Below are positions 19,879 through 29,601 of a DNA stretch of 64,000 bases, piece by piece. Location of the stretch: contig OZ242180.1 in assembly GCA_965205485.1 (NCBI GenBank), positions 5,024,001-5,088,000 on the forward strand, in the 5' to 3' direction. The stretch's first letter is position 1. The number at the start of each line of letters is the position of its first letter. A program made the translations under genes and the position numbers. This DNA is from Candidatus Latescibacterota bacterium (GTDB lineage: Bacteria; Latescibacterota; UBA2968; GCA-2709665). A model generated the notes under the pieces. The model saw only the letters and a program-made list of their open reading frames with translations, did no database searches and was not told the origin of the DNA.

Positions 19879-20319
19879 TTATTCGTCCCAGCCGAAGCTA
19901 TCGTAGAACTTGCCGTGCAGATAGTTCTCGAGAGCGCGCCTGACGTACGGCACCATATTGTCAGGGAGATCCCGGACAGAATGCCACGACAGGTCGTCGC
20001 ACCGGTGCGGCTCGGCGTTGACGACGTCGCTATGCCACCTGGTGGCCGCGAGAAAAAACCCAACCCGTTCGTCCTCGCTTTTCCGGTGCATCACGCCCAC
20101 GACCTCGATGTCCTCGGTCCTGATCTCGATTCCCGCCTCTTCACGGGCTTCCCTGATTGCCGCAGCCCTGACCTCTTCGTTTCCGTCGATATGCCCGGCG
20201 ATCACGCTGTACTTCCCGTCTTCAAATCCCGTATTGAAACGCCGAAGAAGCAACACTTCGTGGTTGCCGTTCATCAGGAAGACGTGGGCTTCGGGGATCA
20301 GTTTGAATTTCTCAGTCAT
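19879..20319 (-). CDS. NUDIX hydrolase
   Basis: Nudix box AGHIDGNEEVRAAAIREAREEAGI. Confidence 0.92.
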   Translation of the reverse strand: MTEKFKLIPEAHVFLMNGNHEVLLLRRFNTGFEDGKYSVIAGHIDGNEEVRAAAIREAREEAGIEIRTEDIEVVGVMHRKSEDERVGFFLAATRWHSDVVNAEPHRCDDLSWHSVRDLPDNMVPYVRRALENYLHGKFYDSFGWDE

Positions 20320-20357
20320 TGTTCAGCCCAAGTAACCTCTCCGCCGGGCCCCAAGAA

Positions 20358-20488
20358 GCGGTGAGAGGTGAGACGGGAGCCGGGAGAAGAAATCCTTACC
20401 CGGTAGGTTCCACCTACTTGCCTCCGGCACATATGAAAACCCAACGAGGTGGGTCATCTCTCACCTCTTCCCTCTACCTTCTCACCGC
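20358..20488. repeat. Inverted heptamer arrays (family D)
   Basis: GCGGTGAGAGGTGAGACGGGAG ... TCTCACCTCTTCCCTCTACCTTCTCACCGC. Confidence 0.55.
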
Positions 20489-20600
20489 CTTTAGGCGACC
20501 GGCCGGTCGCACCTACTAACATACAACCGTTCAATCCGTGACGCAATTTCCATCCGGTTGTTTTCGATCTGGTGCGATGTTTATTCGCATCTGATACCCA

Positions 20601-20636
20601 TTGACTTATATGTATATAATATGCATATTATAGCAT
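20601..20636 (+). promoter_or_regulatory. vapBC promoter/operator
   Basis: TTGACT at 20601 and perfect 18-bp palindrome TATAATATGCATATTATA at 20615-20632. Confidence 0.7.
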
Positions 20637-20834
20637 ATGAGAACGACGCTCATAATAGACGATGCCCTGTTGAAACGTGCATCCACACTAACCGGTATCA
20701 AACAGAAAACCGCCCTGGTCAGGCTTGGCCTCGAAGCGCTGATCGCCCGCGAGAGCAGCAGGCGGCTGGCGGAACTCGAAGGCACGGAGGAAAACCTGCT
20801 GCCGGTCCCGCGGCGATGTCCGGATAACCCGTAA
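20637..20834 (+). CDS. vapB: Type II TA antitoxin, VapB family (RHH)
   Basis: MRTTLIIDDALL...KTALVRLGLEAL. Confidence 0.9.
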   Translation: MRTTLIIDDALLKRASTLTGIKQKTALVRLGLEALIARESSRRLAELEGTEENLLPVPRRCPDNP

Positions 20835-20836
20835 CC

Positions 20837-21199
20837 ATGGTCCTTGTCGATACGCCAATATGGGTCTCGTTCCTCCGTAAGGGGAACGGACGACTGAAGT
20901 CGCTCCTCCGCGAAGCGAGGGTCGCGTGCCATCCGCTGATCGTCGGAGAACTTGCGTGCGGGACGCTGGACAACCGAACGGAATTCCTCACGCTGCTGCA
21001 GACCCTGCCTCAGGTCTCCACGGCCAGCGAGCGGGAAGTCCTGCACTTCATCGATCATCACCGGCTTTCCGCCGCGGGAGTCGGCCTGATCGACGCGCAC
21101 CTGATGGCATCCGCCCGGTTGTCCGACCTGCCGTTGTGGACTTCCGAAGGAAAACTGCGTGCGGCGGCCGGTCGAATGGGAATTGCGTACCGATATTGA
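20837..21199 (+). CDS. vapC: Type II TA toxin, VapC PIN domain
   Basis: LVDTPIW, GELACG, IDAHLMASA, LWT. Confidence 0.9.
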   Translation: MVLVDTPIWVSFLRKGNGRLKSLLREARVACHPLIVGELACGTLDNRTEFLTLLQTLPQVSTASEREVLHFIDHHRLSAAGVGLIDAHLMASARLSDLPLWTSEGKLRAAAGRMGIAYRY

Positions 21200-21248
21200 G
21201 ATCGAGGACGCGACCGGGTCGAACTTTCTGCGAAAGGAGACGCCAACG

Positions 21249-21749
21249 ATGATCAGATACCTCGCCACCGCGTTGACCGCGTTCTGCCTGATGTGTGCGG
21301 CCGCCACGGAGACGCACGCACAGATCGCCATACGCGCAGGGGGCGGACTCTACGTCGAAGACAAGGAGCCCGGGTGGCACGGATCCATCATCCTGCCATT
21401 TGGCAGCAAACCCGCCGGGGTAATGCTGGCCGGCGAGTATTACGAGAAAGACGGCGCGATTACCTTGCCCGTTTCCATCCGCGGACTCTACAAATTCAGT
21501 CTGGGGGGCAACCTCCGGATCTATGGCGGGGCCGGAAGCGGATTCATCTACACGAAGGAAGAATCGGATGCCGAACTTATCGACGGGTCGGCCAGCAAGG
21601 TGCTTCTGACAGCCGTGGCGGGGATGAACCTGAAGATGCTGGGTCCGTTTCGGTTCTTCGCGGAAGCCACCCTGGACCGGGGCGTGGCCGAGGGCACGGA
21701 AAACAAGTACGCCGCCAAAGCCGGCATCTCGCTGACCTTCAAAGACTGA
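21249..21749 (+). CDS. Small outer-membrane beta-barrel protein
   Basis: RBS AAGGAG, signal peptide, alternating beta strands, C-terminal GISLTF. Confidence 0.7.
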   Translation: MIRYLATALTAFCLMCAAATETHAQIAIRAGGGLYVEDKEPGWHGSIILPFGSKPAGVMLAGEYYEKDGAITLPVSIRGLYKFSLGGNLRIYGGAGSGFIYTKEESDAELIDGSASKVLLTAVAGMNLKMLGPFRFFAEATLDRGVAEGTENKYAAKAGISLTFKD

Positions 21750-22018
21750 GGCATCCGATCCCACCCACGGACACGCCGTGTAAACCGGAAACCGAACGCG
21801 ATGGTCCCCTCCCGGGAGCAACGTCAGTCCACGAACGGTCAGTCAGGCATCCAATCCGACGACGGCGTCGAATTGTCCGATGTATCGTTTTAGAATTATC
21901 AAGTAATTAATTACGTTAATTGCCATATATTTTATATAATAAACCATCAATAATGATTTTCAAGCGGGGTCTGCTCGAGTTGCAGACCCTGCGCGTCAAC
22001 TCCGGCACGGTCACAATA

Positions 22019-22279
22019 ATGCTGAAATTCCAACTCCACATACTCATGGCCGAAAAGGGTCCGCACCGGCCCTACCGGATCTCTGAAATCGCCAGACTGA
22101 CGGGGCTTCAGGCCAATACCGTTTCGGCCATCTTCAACAACCGGGCGAAGCGGATAGACCTGGCGACCATTGAATCTCTCTGCCAGGCGCTCGAATGCAC
22201 GCCCGGCGATCTCTTTCGTTACAATCCCGAATCAGACCCCGAGCCCGAAACACCGAAAAAAGGAGACTTGTCACCATGA
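22019..22279 (+). CDS. XRE/Cro-C1 HTH transcriptional regulator
   Basis: ISEIARLTGLQANTVSAI...LCQALECTPGDLF. Confidence 0.88.
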   Translation: MLKFQLHILMAEKGPHRPYRISEIARLTGLQANTVSAIFNNRAKRIDLATIESLCQALECTPGDLFRYNPESDPEPETPKKGDLSP

Positions 22280-23418
22280 AAATTACCGCGGTAAAGACCT
22301 TTCTCGTGACCTACGGCAACCGTCCCAGGGGGCTTGTCAAAGTCGAAACCGACGAGGGCCTCTACGGATGGGGCGAAGCCTATTCTATCGGGCCGGACCT
22401 TTCCATCGAGCCCATTGTGGACTACGTCGCCACGTGGCTTGTCGGCGAAGATCCCCGCCGCATCGAATACCTGATGATGAAGATTCATCAGCAATTTCGT
22501 TTCCCCGCGGGGGGTACCGGCCTGGCCGCCATTTCCGGCATCGAGCACGCGCTTTGGGATATCAGCGGAAAGGCAGCGAACGTACCCGTATATATGCTTC
22601 TGGGCGGCAACCTGCGAGACCGCGTAAGGGTCTACCAGAGCTGCGGCGGCCCGACCGGAGAGGTCGCGGCGGAAGGCGCGCACCGACTGAACGACAAATG
22701 GGGATTCACGGCGTTCAAGACCAGCCCCTTTCTGCTGAATCCCGACGCGAATCGATGGGGCCGGGTCTGCGCGGCCGCCGGCGAGTATTTCGAGAGCCTC
22801 CGAAAACACACCCCCGACGACTGGGAATTCGCGTTCGACCCGCACGCGAAAATCTTCGAACCGGTCAGAGCCCTTCAGCTCGCCAACGCGCTGGCCCCCT
22901 ACGACCCCCTGTTCTATGAGGAGCCCCTCAGACCGGAACACATCCCGGCCTGGCAGCAGTTGCGTCAGCAGATGCAGGTACCGCTGGCAACCGGGGAATG
23001 TCTCTACGCGCGCTTCGAGTTCCTGAATCTCATCGCCGCCAGGGCCGCCGACATCATTCAGCCGGACGTCTGCGTCTGCGGGGGCCTTCTGGAAATGCGC
23101 AAGATCGCGGCCATCGCGGAAGCCCATTACGTCACCATCGCGCCACACAATCCGATGGGACCGATCGCCACGGCGGTCAACGTGCATTTCGCCGCGGCGA
23201 CGCACAACTTCAAGATCCTCGAATACGTCATCCCCGTCGGCTCCCAATGGATGGAGTACGTCCCGGATCCCTACCTCCCGGTGGACGGATACCTTGAACT
23301 CAGGGACCGACCGGGACTGGGAATCGAGGTGAACGAAGACGCGCTTGCGGATTCGGACCCGCCCCACTGGCAGCGCACGGCGCCCGTCCGGCCGGATGGG
23401 TCAACGGGATATATATAA
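22276..23418 (+). CDS. Mandelate racemase family enzyme, galactonate dehydratase-like
   Basis: MKITAVKT, GWGEA, DPH, YEEP, TGE, QPD, APHNP. Confidence 0.88.
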   Translation: MKITAVKTFLVTYGNRPRGLVKVETDEGLYGWGEAYSIGPDLSIEPIVDYVATWLVGEDPRRIEYLMMKIHQQFRFPAGGTGLAAISGIEHALWDISGKAANVPVYMLLGGNLRDRVRVYQSCGGPTGEVAAEGAHRLNDKWGFTAFKTSPFLLNPDANRWGRVCAAAGEYFESLRKHTPDDWEFAFDPHAKIFEPVRALQLANALAPYDPLFYEEPLRPEHIPAWQQLRQQMQVPLATGECLYARFEFLNLIAARAADIIQPDVCVCGGLLEMRKIAAIAEAHYVTIAPHNPMGPIATAVNVHFAAATHNFKILEYVIPVGSQWMEYVPDPYLPVDGYLELRDRPGLGIEVNEDALADSDPPHWQRTAPVRPDGSTGYI

Positions 23419-23420
23419 AA

Positions 23421-23556
23421 TCAGCCTTTAGCTATCAGTCGTCAGCTATCAGCCAAAGGCAAGAACCGAATCAGCCGACGTCAGCGCTACTATGTGGACG
23501 ACCGGGAATTGCGCGGACCTCTCCCCCCGGCCCCCTCTCCTAAAGGAAAGGGGGAG
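23421..23556. repeat. Composite repeat family B copy 2
   Basis: AGCTATC-AGTCGTC-AGCTATC, AAAGGCAAGA and the 41-bp unit shared with 14279-14319. Confidence 0.8.
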
Positions 23557-23721
23557 TAAGCCAGGGGTCGCCTCGCCGATTTATTGTCCCCGAATCTCCT
23601 TGCAATTGCCGCATTCAGATGGTACCATCAACGGGGCGTTCAGGTCCCGCATTCATCCCGTCTATGGAAAGCCGCCGATCGTCCGACCCGGACTTCTTTG
23701 TTGGAACCTGGAGACATCGGA

Positions 23722-24903
23722 TTGACCGACCTGCACACAACCCTCTGGACCTACCCTTGGGACCTGGCAGACGGCGACGCCCGGGCCATCGCAAAACGGC
23801 TCCGGGACGACATCGGTCTGGACGGTATCAGCCTGGCCTCGGCGTACCATACCTTCGAGATGCTGCGCCCCCATTCGCCGGGACAGGTACTCCTCCAGAT
23901 CCCGCAGGCCGCCGTCTATTTTCGGCCGGACGCGGATCTGTATGCCGATACGCCCATAAAACCGCACGTCAGCCCCCTGATGGGCGGGGACAACTGGTAC
24001 GCTGACGCCGCCGATGCCGCGGTGGGCGCCGGAATCGAGCTCATCGCGTGGACGGTATTCCTCCACAATTCCTTCCAGGCCGGCCGCCATCCGGAATGCG
24101 CCGAAGTCACCTGTACGGGAGACGTCAGCACGTCCTGGCTGTGCCCGGCCAACCCTCGGGTGCGCGCCTTCGCCGCGGCGCTGGCCAGAGACCTCGTGGC
24201 AAACTACGGCATCGCCCTCCTCGAATGCGAATCCCTCTCCTACGGCGGATTCGGACACACCCACTTTCACGTCAAACACGGCGTCGACCTGGGGCCGGGC
24301 GGCCGAATGCTGCTCTCCCTCTGCTTCTGCGACGCCTGTCGGATGAGGGCGCAAGAGACAGGCCTGGACCCCGAAGCGCTTACAAGGGCGGTCGCGTCCA
24401 GGCTGCGCCAGACCCTGGCGTCCGGCATCCCGCCTGCCGAGTCCCCTGAGGAACTCATCGCCACCGTGCCTCAGCTCGAGCCGTTCGTAAGGATGCGCGA
24501 CGAGGTGGTCGCCAGCCTGCTGGCAGAGGTCAAGGCGGCTGCCGGGGTACCTGTTTCCACCATCTTCATGGGTGACCGGTACAACGCGGCGATCAACCGC
24601 TCACGCCTCGCGGGAATCGCGGATTACGCGGAAACCCTCGCCTATACGCCGGACGCCGACCGGATCGGGGCGACCATCTCCGGTATTGTCCCTCATCTGA
24701 AGCATCCGAAGCAACTCGTGGTGGGTCTCCAGGCCTATCCTCCCGCTTCTCCGGACGCCGCGACACTCGGCGCGGGCATCCAACGCGCGCTGGACCTGGG
24801 CATCCGCCGCTTTTCGTTCTACAATTACGGTATTATGCCACCGGCCAATCTGGCCTGGATCAAGCAGTGTATCGGCGATGCGCGCCGCGCCTGCGATAAT
24901 TGA
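23722..24903 (+). CDS. Hypothetical TIM-barrel/glycoside hydrolase-like protein
   Basis: WTYPWD, AYH, LCPANP, LCFCDAC, YNYG. TTG start after GGAGA. Confidence 0.7.
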   Translation: MTDLHTTLWTYPWDLADGDARAIAKRLRDDIGLDGISLASAYHTFEMLRPHSPGQVLLQIPQAAVYFRPDADLYADTPIKPHVSPLMGGDNWYADAADAAVGAGIELIAWTVFLHNSFQAGRHPECAEVTCTGDVSTSWLCPANPRVRAFAAALARDLVANYGIALLECESLSYGGFGHTHFHVKHGVDLGPGGRMLLSLCFCDACRMRAQETGLDPEALTRAVASRLRQTLASGIPPAESPEELIATVPQLEPFVRMRDEVVASLLAEVKAAAGVPVSTIFMGDRYNAAINRSRLAGIADYAETLAYTPDADRIGATISGIVPHLKHPKQLVVGLQAYPPASPDAATLGAGIQRALDLGIRRFSFYNYGIMPPANLAWIKQCIGDARRACDN

Positions 24904-24911
24904 CTGCCACG

Positions 24912-26000
24912 ATGGAAGCGCTGGCGTTCGTTTCATCTCTCCTGTGTCTGATCTATGTCATCGTCGCAGGCGCCATCCATAGAGGCCTGAGTCGCACGGC
25001 CGCGGGTCGCAACGCGGAACTTCACGACGTCACTGTCGTCATTCCCGCCCGCAATGAAGCGCATCGCATCGAGGCGTGTCTCGCGGCCCTCGACGAACAG
25101 ACCTATCCTCCTGAACGCACCGAAGTCATCGTCGTCGACGACCGTTCAACCGACGATACCGCCCGGCGGGCGCTCGCGTGGACGGATCGGATTCCCGGTC
25201 TCAAGGTCGTGCGGGTTACCGAACGTGCGCTCGCGTGCCCGAAGAAGAATGCCCTGGACGCGGGCATCCGCGCCGGCGCCGGGGAGATCATCCTCACCAC
25301 CGACGCCGATTGTATCCCCTCCGCCGACTGGATCGCTTCCACGGTCCGCGCCTTCGACACCGACGTCGGCATGGTTGCCGGATACGCGCCACTCTCAGCC
25401 GGGAAAGGGCTTCTATCCAGACTGCTTGCCCTGCAGAGCCTCGTGGTTTCCACGCTTGCGGCGGGCAGCATGGGCCTGGGCTTTCCGCTGACCTGTTCCG
25501 GTCGGAATCTGGCCTACCGCAGGGCGACGTTCCACGATGCCGGCGGCTTCGGGCCGATCGGTCACATACGCGGAGGAGACGACGTCCTGCTGATGCGGCG
25601 GATCGCCACCCGGACGGCCTGGCGAATCCGTTTCAATCCCGATTCAAGGGTAGATTCGCAGCCCCACACTGACGGACTGTTCCGCCGCCAGGTCCGCTAT
25701 CAGTCGAAGGCGGTCCATTATGGATATTCAGTCTTGCTTGTGGCTGCCTGCATCTATATATTCCACGTGGCTCTCGCGGCGGGGCCTTTCCTCGCGTGGC
25801 AGCATCCGGCGTTTCGCGTCCCCTTCGGTCTGATGGTTGCGGCGAAATTTCTTGCCGACTGGCTGCTGCTGCTCAGAGCCGCCCGCCGTTTCAGCGCGCG
25901 GAAGATCCTCCGGTTGTTTCCACTCCTTGAACTGATTTCCGTACCGTATGTCGTCGTCATCTGCGCCGCAGGCGCACTGGCGCCCTCCCGCTGGAAATAG
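24912..26000 (+). CDS. Membrane GT2 glycosyltransferase
   Basis: VIPARNE, VVDDRSTD, TDADC, GDD, TM helices at both ends. Confidence 0.9.
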   Translation: MEALAFVSSLLCLIYVIVAGAIHRGLSRTAAGRNAELHDVTVVIPARNEAHRIEACLAALDEQTYPPERTEVIVVDDRSTDDTARRALAWTDRIPGLKVVRVTERALACPKKNALDAGIRAGAGEIILTTDADCIPSADWIASTVRAFDTDVGMVAGYAPLSAGKGLLSRLLALQSLVVSTLAAGSMGLGFPLTCSGRNLAYRRATFHDAGGFGPIGHIRGGDDVLLMRRIATRTAWRIRFNPDSRVDSQPHTDGLFRRQVRYQSKAVHYGYSVLLVAACIYIFHVALAAGPFLAWQHPAFRVPFGLMVAAKFLADWLLLLRAARRFSARKILRLFPLLELISVPYVVVICAAGALAPSRWK

Positions 26001-26002
26001 AT

Positions 26003-27061
26003 ATGCTCTCACTCAGACTGTTGCCCGGGACCGTTGCGCGCTATCATCGTACGCTGACGGTCCGGCGGGTCTGGAATGCGGCCAAGGTCTTTACCTCGTT
26101 TATGCTCTCTCGCCTGGCCGGACGCGACATCCGCATGGGGCGCCCCTTCGTCCTGATGCTGGAGCCCACCAACCTCTGCAATCTCAAGTGCCCGCTCTGT
26201 CCATCCGGCAACGGAGGATTGACAAGGCCCCGGGGTACGATGGAATTCGAGGCCTTCAAGCGGATCTTCGAGGAACAGGCGAAGGACCTCCTGCTGCTGA
26301 TGTTGTGGAACCAGGGCGAACCTTTCATCAACAAGCGGCTCACCGACATGATCCGTCTGGCGAAAGCGCACAACGTCCCCACCATCACCAGCACCAATGT
26401 CCACTATATACGCAGCCGAAGCGATGCAGAGGATATCGTCACGTCCGGCCTCGACGAAATCGTGGTCTCCCTGGACGGCGTGACCCCGGAATCCTACGTC
26501 AAATACCGTGTGGGCGGAAACTTCGACCGCGTGCTGGACGGGATCCGGCTCCTGAGTACGGCAAAGAAGACGTTGAAGGCCGACCACCCCGTCATTCATC
26601 TGCAGTTCATCATCTTCAAGCACAACGAGTCCGAGGTCGACGCCGCCCGGAACCTCGCGCGGGAACTGGGCGTGGACCGCCTCTCGCTGAAAACGGCCCA
26701 GGTCTATACCGATGCGGAAGCGGAACATTACCTTCCAGATGACGAATCCTACAGCCGCTACCGTTACGACGCGGACCGACTGACGATGAACGGCAAGATC
26801 ACGAATTCCTGCAGGCACCTCTGGTACAGTACCGTCGTCAACTGGGACGGGGCCGTGTCACCGTGCTGCTTCGACAAAGACGTGCATTACGGTCTGGGCA
26901 ACGCGCTCGAAGACCGGGACTTCGACAGCGTCTGGTCCGGGGAGGCATATACCGGCTTCAGGAACGCCATCCTCAAAGACCGGTCCGCCGTACCCATCTG
27001 CAACAATTGCTCCGAAGGCATCAAGGGCATGTTCTACGATATCGAAGAGGTAAAACACTAA
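26003..27061 (+). CDS. Radical SAM protein with SPASM/twitch domain
   Basis: CNLKCPLC, QGEP, C-terminal C...PCC...CNNC. Confidence 0.92.
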   Translation: MLSLRLLPGTVARYHRTLTVRRVWNAAKVFTSFMLSRLAGRDIRMGRPFVLMLEPTNLCNLKCPLCPSGNGGLTRPRGTMEFEAFKRIFEEQAKDLLLLMLWNQGEPFINKRLTDMIRLAKAHNVPTITSTNVHYIRSRSDAEDIVTSGLDEIVVSLDGVTPESYVKYRVGGNFDRVLDGIRLLSTAKKTLKADHPVIHLQFIIFKHNESEVDAARNLARELGVDRLSLKTAQVYTDAEAEHYLPDDESYSRYRYDADRLTMNGKITNSCRHLWYSTVVNWDGAVSPCCFDKDVHYGLGNALEDRDFDSVWSGEAYTGFRNAILKDRSAVPICNNCSEGIKGMFYDIEEVKH

Positions 27062-27141
27062 GACCGAGCATCGTGACGCCGATCATCGTCCTTTAGCGCC
27101 GTTCCCGCCCGGATACGACACACCGCCAACCCGGGATCACC

Positions 27142-28341
27142 GTGTCGACCTCTCTGATCAATGCGTTTCTCCTGATATCAACGGCAATCTACCTGGGCGC
27201 CGCTCTCGCGTTTCTGGTCGGTCTCCGCCGAAGGCCCCGGCCCGGTCCCGCCGGCTCCCGTCCGTTCGTATCCGTCGTCATTGCCGCCAGGAATGAAGCC
27301 GGGTTCATCGCTGATTGCCTCGAGAGATTGACAAGCCAGACCTATCCTGCCGAACATTACGAAGTGCTGGTCGTCGACGACGGTTCGACGGACGAGACGG
27401 CGCAGATCGTGACGCGTTTCGCAACGGCTTATCCCAACGTCCGGTGCATCGAAGCAACCGACGCCTTTCGTCACATGGCCGCAAAGAAACGGCCCCTTTC
27501 CGAAGGCATCCGGGCCGCGCGGGGACGCATCATTCTGACCACGGACGCGGACTGCTCGGTGCCGCCCGCCTGGATATCGGGAATGGTATCGCAACTCGAA
27601 GCCGGCGCGGACGTCGTCATCGGGTTCTCGCAGGTAAAAGCCGCCGGAGAGCCGCTGACGCCGGCAGAACGGATCCAGGCATTCGACTTTCTGGCGCTCA
27701 TGTCCGCGTCGGCCGGCGCTGCCAATCTCGGCGTCCCGCTGGCCGCATCGGGACAGAATTTCGCCTACAGGAAGGCGCTCTTCGACCGGGTCAACGGATT
27801 CGAAACGATCGCGCACTGCCCTTCCGGCGACGACGTTCTCCTGCTTCAGTTGTTTCGCAGGGCCGGCGCACGGATCGCGTTTTCAGATCACTCCCGCACC
27901 TTTGTCAGCACCCGGCGGGCGGAATCCGTCGCCGGTTTCTGGACACAGCGGCGACGATGGGCGTCGAACGCCCGAATTATGGCGTCGTTGAATCCCGTCT
28001 TCTTCGTCTATCTCGCAAATGTCTTTCTGATCAACCTCCTCATACCGTCCGGAATTATCCTTGGAGCCGTGGAAACCGCTGCCGGCCTGCCCCTGTCGTG
28101 TCTGGCAGTCAAGGCGCTGGCGGACCTGGGCGTGATATGGATAGGCGCGCGGCGTTTCGGACGGACGGACCTCCTTCCCGTATTGCCCGTGTGGGTACTC
28201 TTGCAGATGCCATACACGGTCCTGGTCGGGTTGTTCGGAACGTTCGGCAGTTTCGTCTGGAAAGGCAGGACGCACCCGGCGGGCGGTGTGGGAACAAACG
28301 TCGACGGTTTCTCGTTAAGATCGGTGTTTCGCGTGCGTTGA
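27142..28341 (+). CDS. Membrane GT2 glycosyltransferase
   Basis: IAARNE, DDGSTD, TDADC, SGDD, QRRRW. Confidence 0.92.
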   Translation: MSTSLINAFLLISTAIYLGAALAFLVGLRRRPRPGPAGSRPFVSVVIAARNEAGFIADCLERLTSQTYPAEHYEVLVVDDGSTDETAQIVTRFATAYPNVRCIEATDAFRHMAAKKRPLSEGIRAARGRIILTTDADCSVPPAWISGMVSQLEAGADVVIGFSQVKAAGEPLTPAERIQAFDFLALMSASAGAANLGVPLAASGQNFAYRKALFDRVNGFETIAHCPSGDDVLLLQLFRRAGARIAFSDHSRTFVSTRRAESVAGFWTQRRRWASNARIMASLNPVFFVYLANVFLINLLIPSGIILGAVETAAGLPLSCLAVKALADLGVIWIGARRFGRTDLLPVLPVWVLLQMPYTVLVGLFGTFGSFVWKGRTHPAGGVGTNVDGFSLRSVFRVR

Positions 28342-28390
28342 GAATCCAGACAGCCGGCCTTCCACCGTACGGAACTCTCAGTCAAGAGAT

Positions 28391-29542
28391 ATGGATCTTC
28401 ATACAAACCTGCTGCGATCGATACTCACGCTCCTCGGCCTGGCGCTCTGCGCCGGCGCCGCGGATGCCCAGCGCCCCCGCGCAAGGGAACTCGGTATCCG
28501 CATCGGCACGCTTGAGCCGGGCCCGCACAACGCCATCACGGACGTCACCGGCGTCCGGGTGGGGCACGTCACCCTGATCACCGGCGAGGGAGATCTGGAA
28601 GTTGGAAAGGGTCCCGTGCGCACCGGTGTCACCGCGGTGGTGCCCCACGCCGACGACGTCTATCTGAACCAGGTCTTCGCCTCGGCGGTAGCGCTCAACG
28701 GTAACGGTGAAATGACGGGAATGGAATGGATCAACGAGCGGGGCCTGCTGGAGGTGCCCGTGGTCGTCACGAACACGCTGAGCGTCGGCGAAGGGTACAG
28801 CGGCGTTGTCGCCTATATGCTTCAGCAGAATCCGGGGCGTGTGCCTCTTCCCGTCGTGGCCGAATGTTACGACGGCGGCCTCAACGACATTGCGGGCCGC
28901 CACGTGAAAGAGGAACACGTCATCCGGGCAATTGAATCCGCGGCGGGCGGACAGGTTTCGGAAGGTTCGGTGGGCGCCGGCACCGGCATGCGCGCCTACG
29001 GCTTCAAGGCCGGCATCGGAACCGCATCGCGTGTACTTGACAGTGCCCAGGGCGCCTACACCCTGGGCGTGCTCGTCGTGGCAAACTGCGGACGCCGTCC
29101 CAATCTGGTCATCGACGGCGTTCCCGTGGGACGGCATCTTCCGGTGGCGCCGCGGAAACCGACCCGCGACGGCTCGATCGTCATCATCATCGCCACCGAC
29201 GCACCGCTGATCCCCGTCCAGCTTCGCCGGCTCTGCAAGCGTTCCGCACTGGGCGTGAGCCGCACCGGCACTTTTTCCAGAACCAGCAGCGGCGACCTCG
29301 CACTTGCGTTCTCCACCTCGCGCCGCATTCCGCGGGACGCGGCGATGGTGGATACCGTTCACACTCTCCGCGACCGGCGCCTCAACCCGCTCCTGCAGGC
29401 TACGGTGGAGGCGACCGAGGAAGCCATCGTCAACGCGCTCTGCGCCGCGGAAACCATGACCGGACGTGACAACAGGACGATGCCTGGAATTCCCGTGGAT
29501 CGACTCGTCAAGATTATGAAACAGCACAACCGGATCGAGTAA
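28391..29542 (+). CDS. dmpA: P1/S58 family peptidase (DmpA-like)
   Basis: RARELG, NAITDV, NGNGEMTG, DGSI cleavage site, SGD, signal peptide. Confidence 0.88.
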   Translation: MDLHTNLLRSILTLLGLALCAGAADAQRPRARELGIRIGTLEPGPHNAITDVTGVRVGHVTLITGEGDLEVGKGPVRTGVTAVVPHADDVYLNQVFASAVALNGNGEMTGMEWINERGLLEVPVVVTNTLSVGEGYSGVVAYMLQQNPGRVPLPVVAECYDGGLNDIAGRHVKEEHVIRAIESAAGGQVSEGSVGAGTGMRAYGFKAGIGTASRVLDSAQGAYTLGVLVVANCGRRPNLVIDGVPVGRHLPVAPRKPTRDGSIVIIIATDAPLIPVQLRRLCKRSALGVSRTGTFSRTSSGDLALAFSTSRRIPRDAAMVDTVHTLRDRRLNPLLQATVEATEEAIVNALCAAETMTGRDNRTMPGIPVDRLVKIMKQHNRIE

Positions 29543-29601
29543 ACCGGGATCCTCACCTCGTCCTTACAATCATCCACTGAATTCCGATACCGACTTACGC
29601 C

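Noticed and set aside
14200..23556. Repeats as a CRISPR array
   Set aside because: Copies are dispersed rather than regularly spaced, and there are no cas genes
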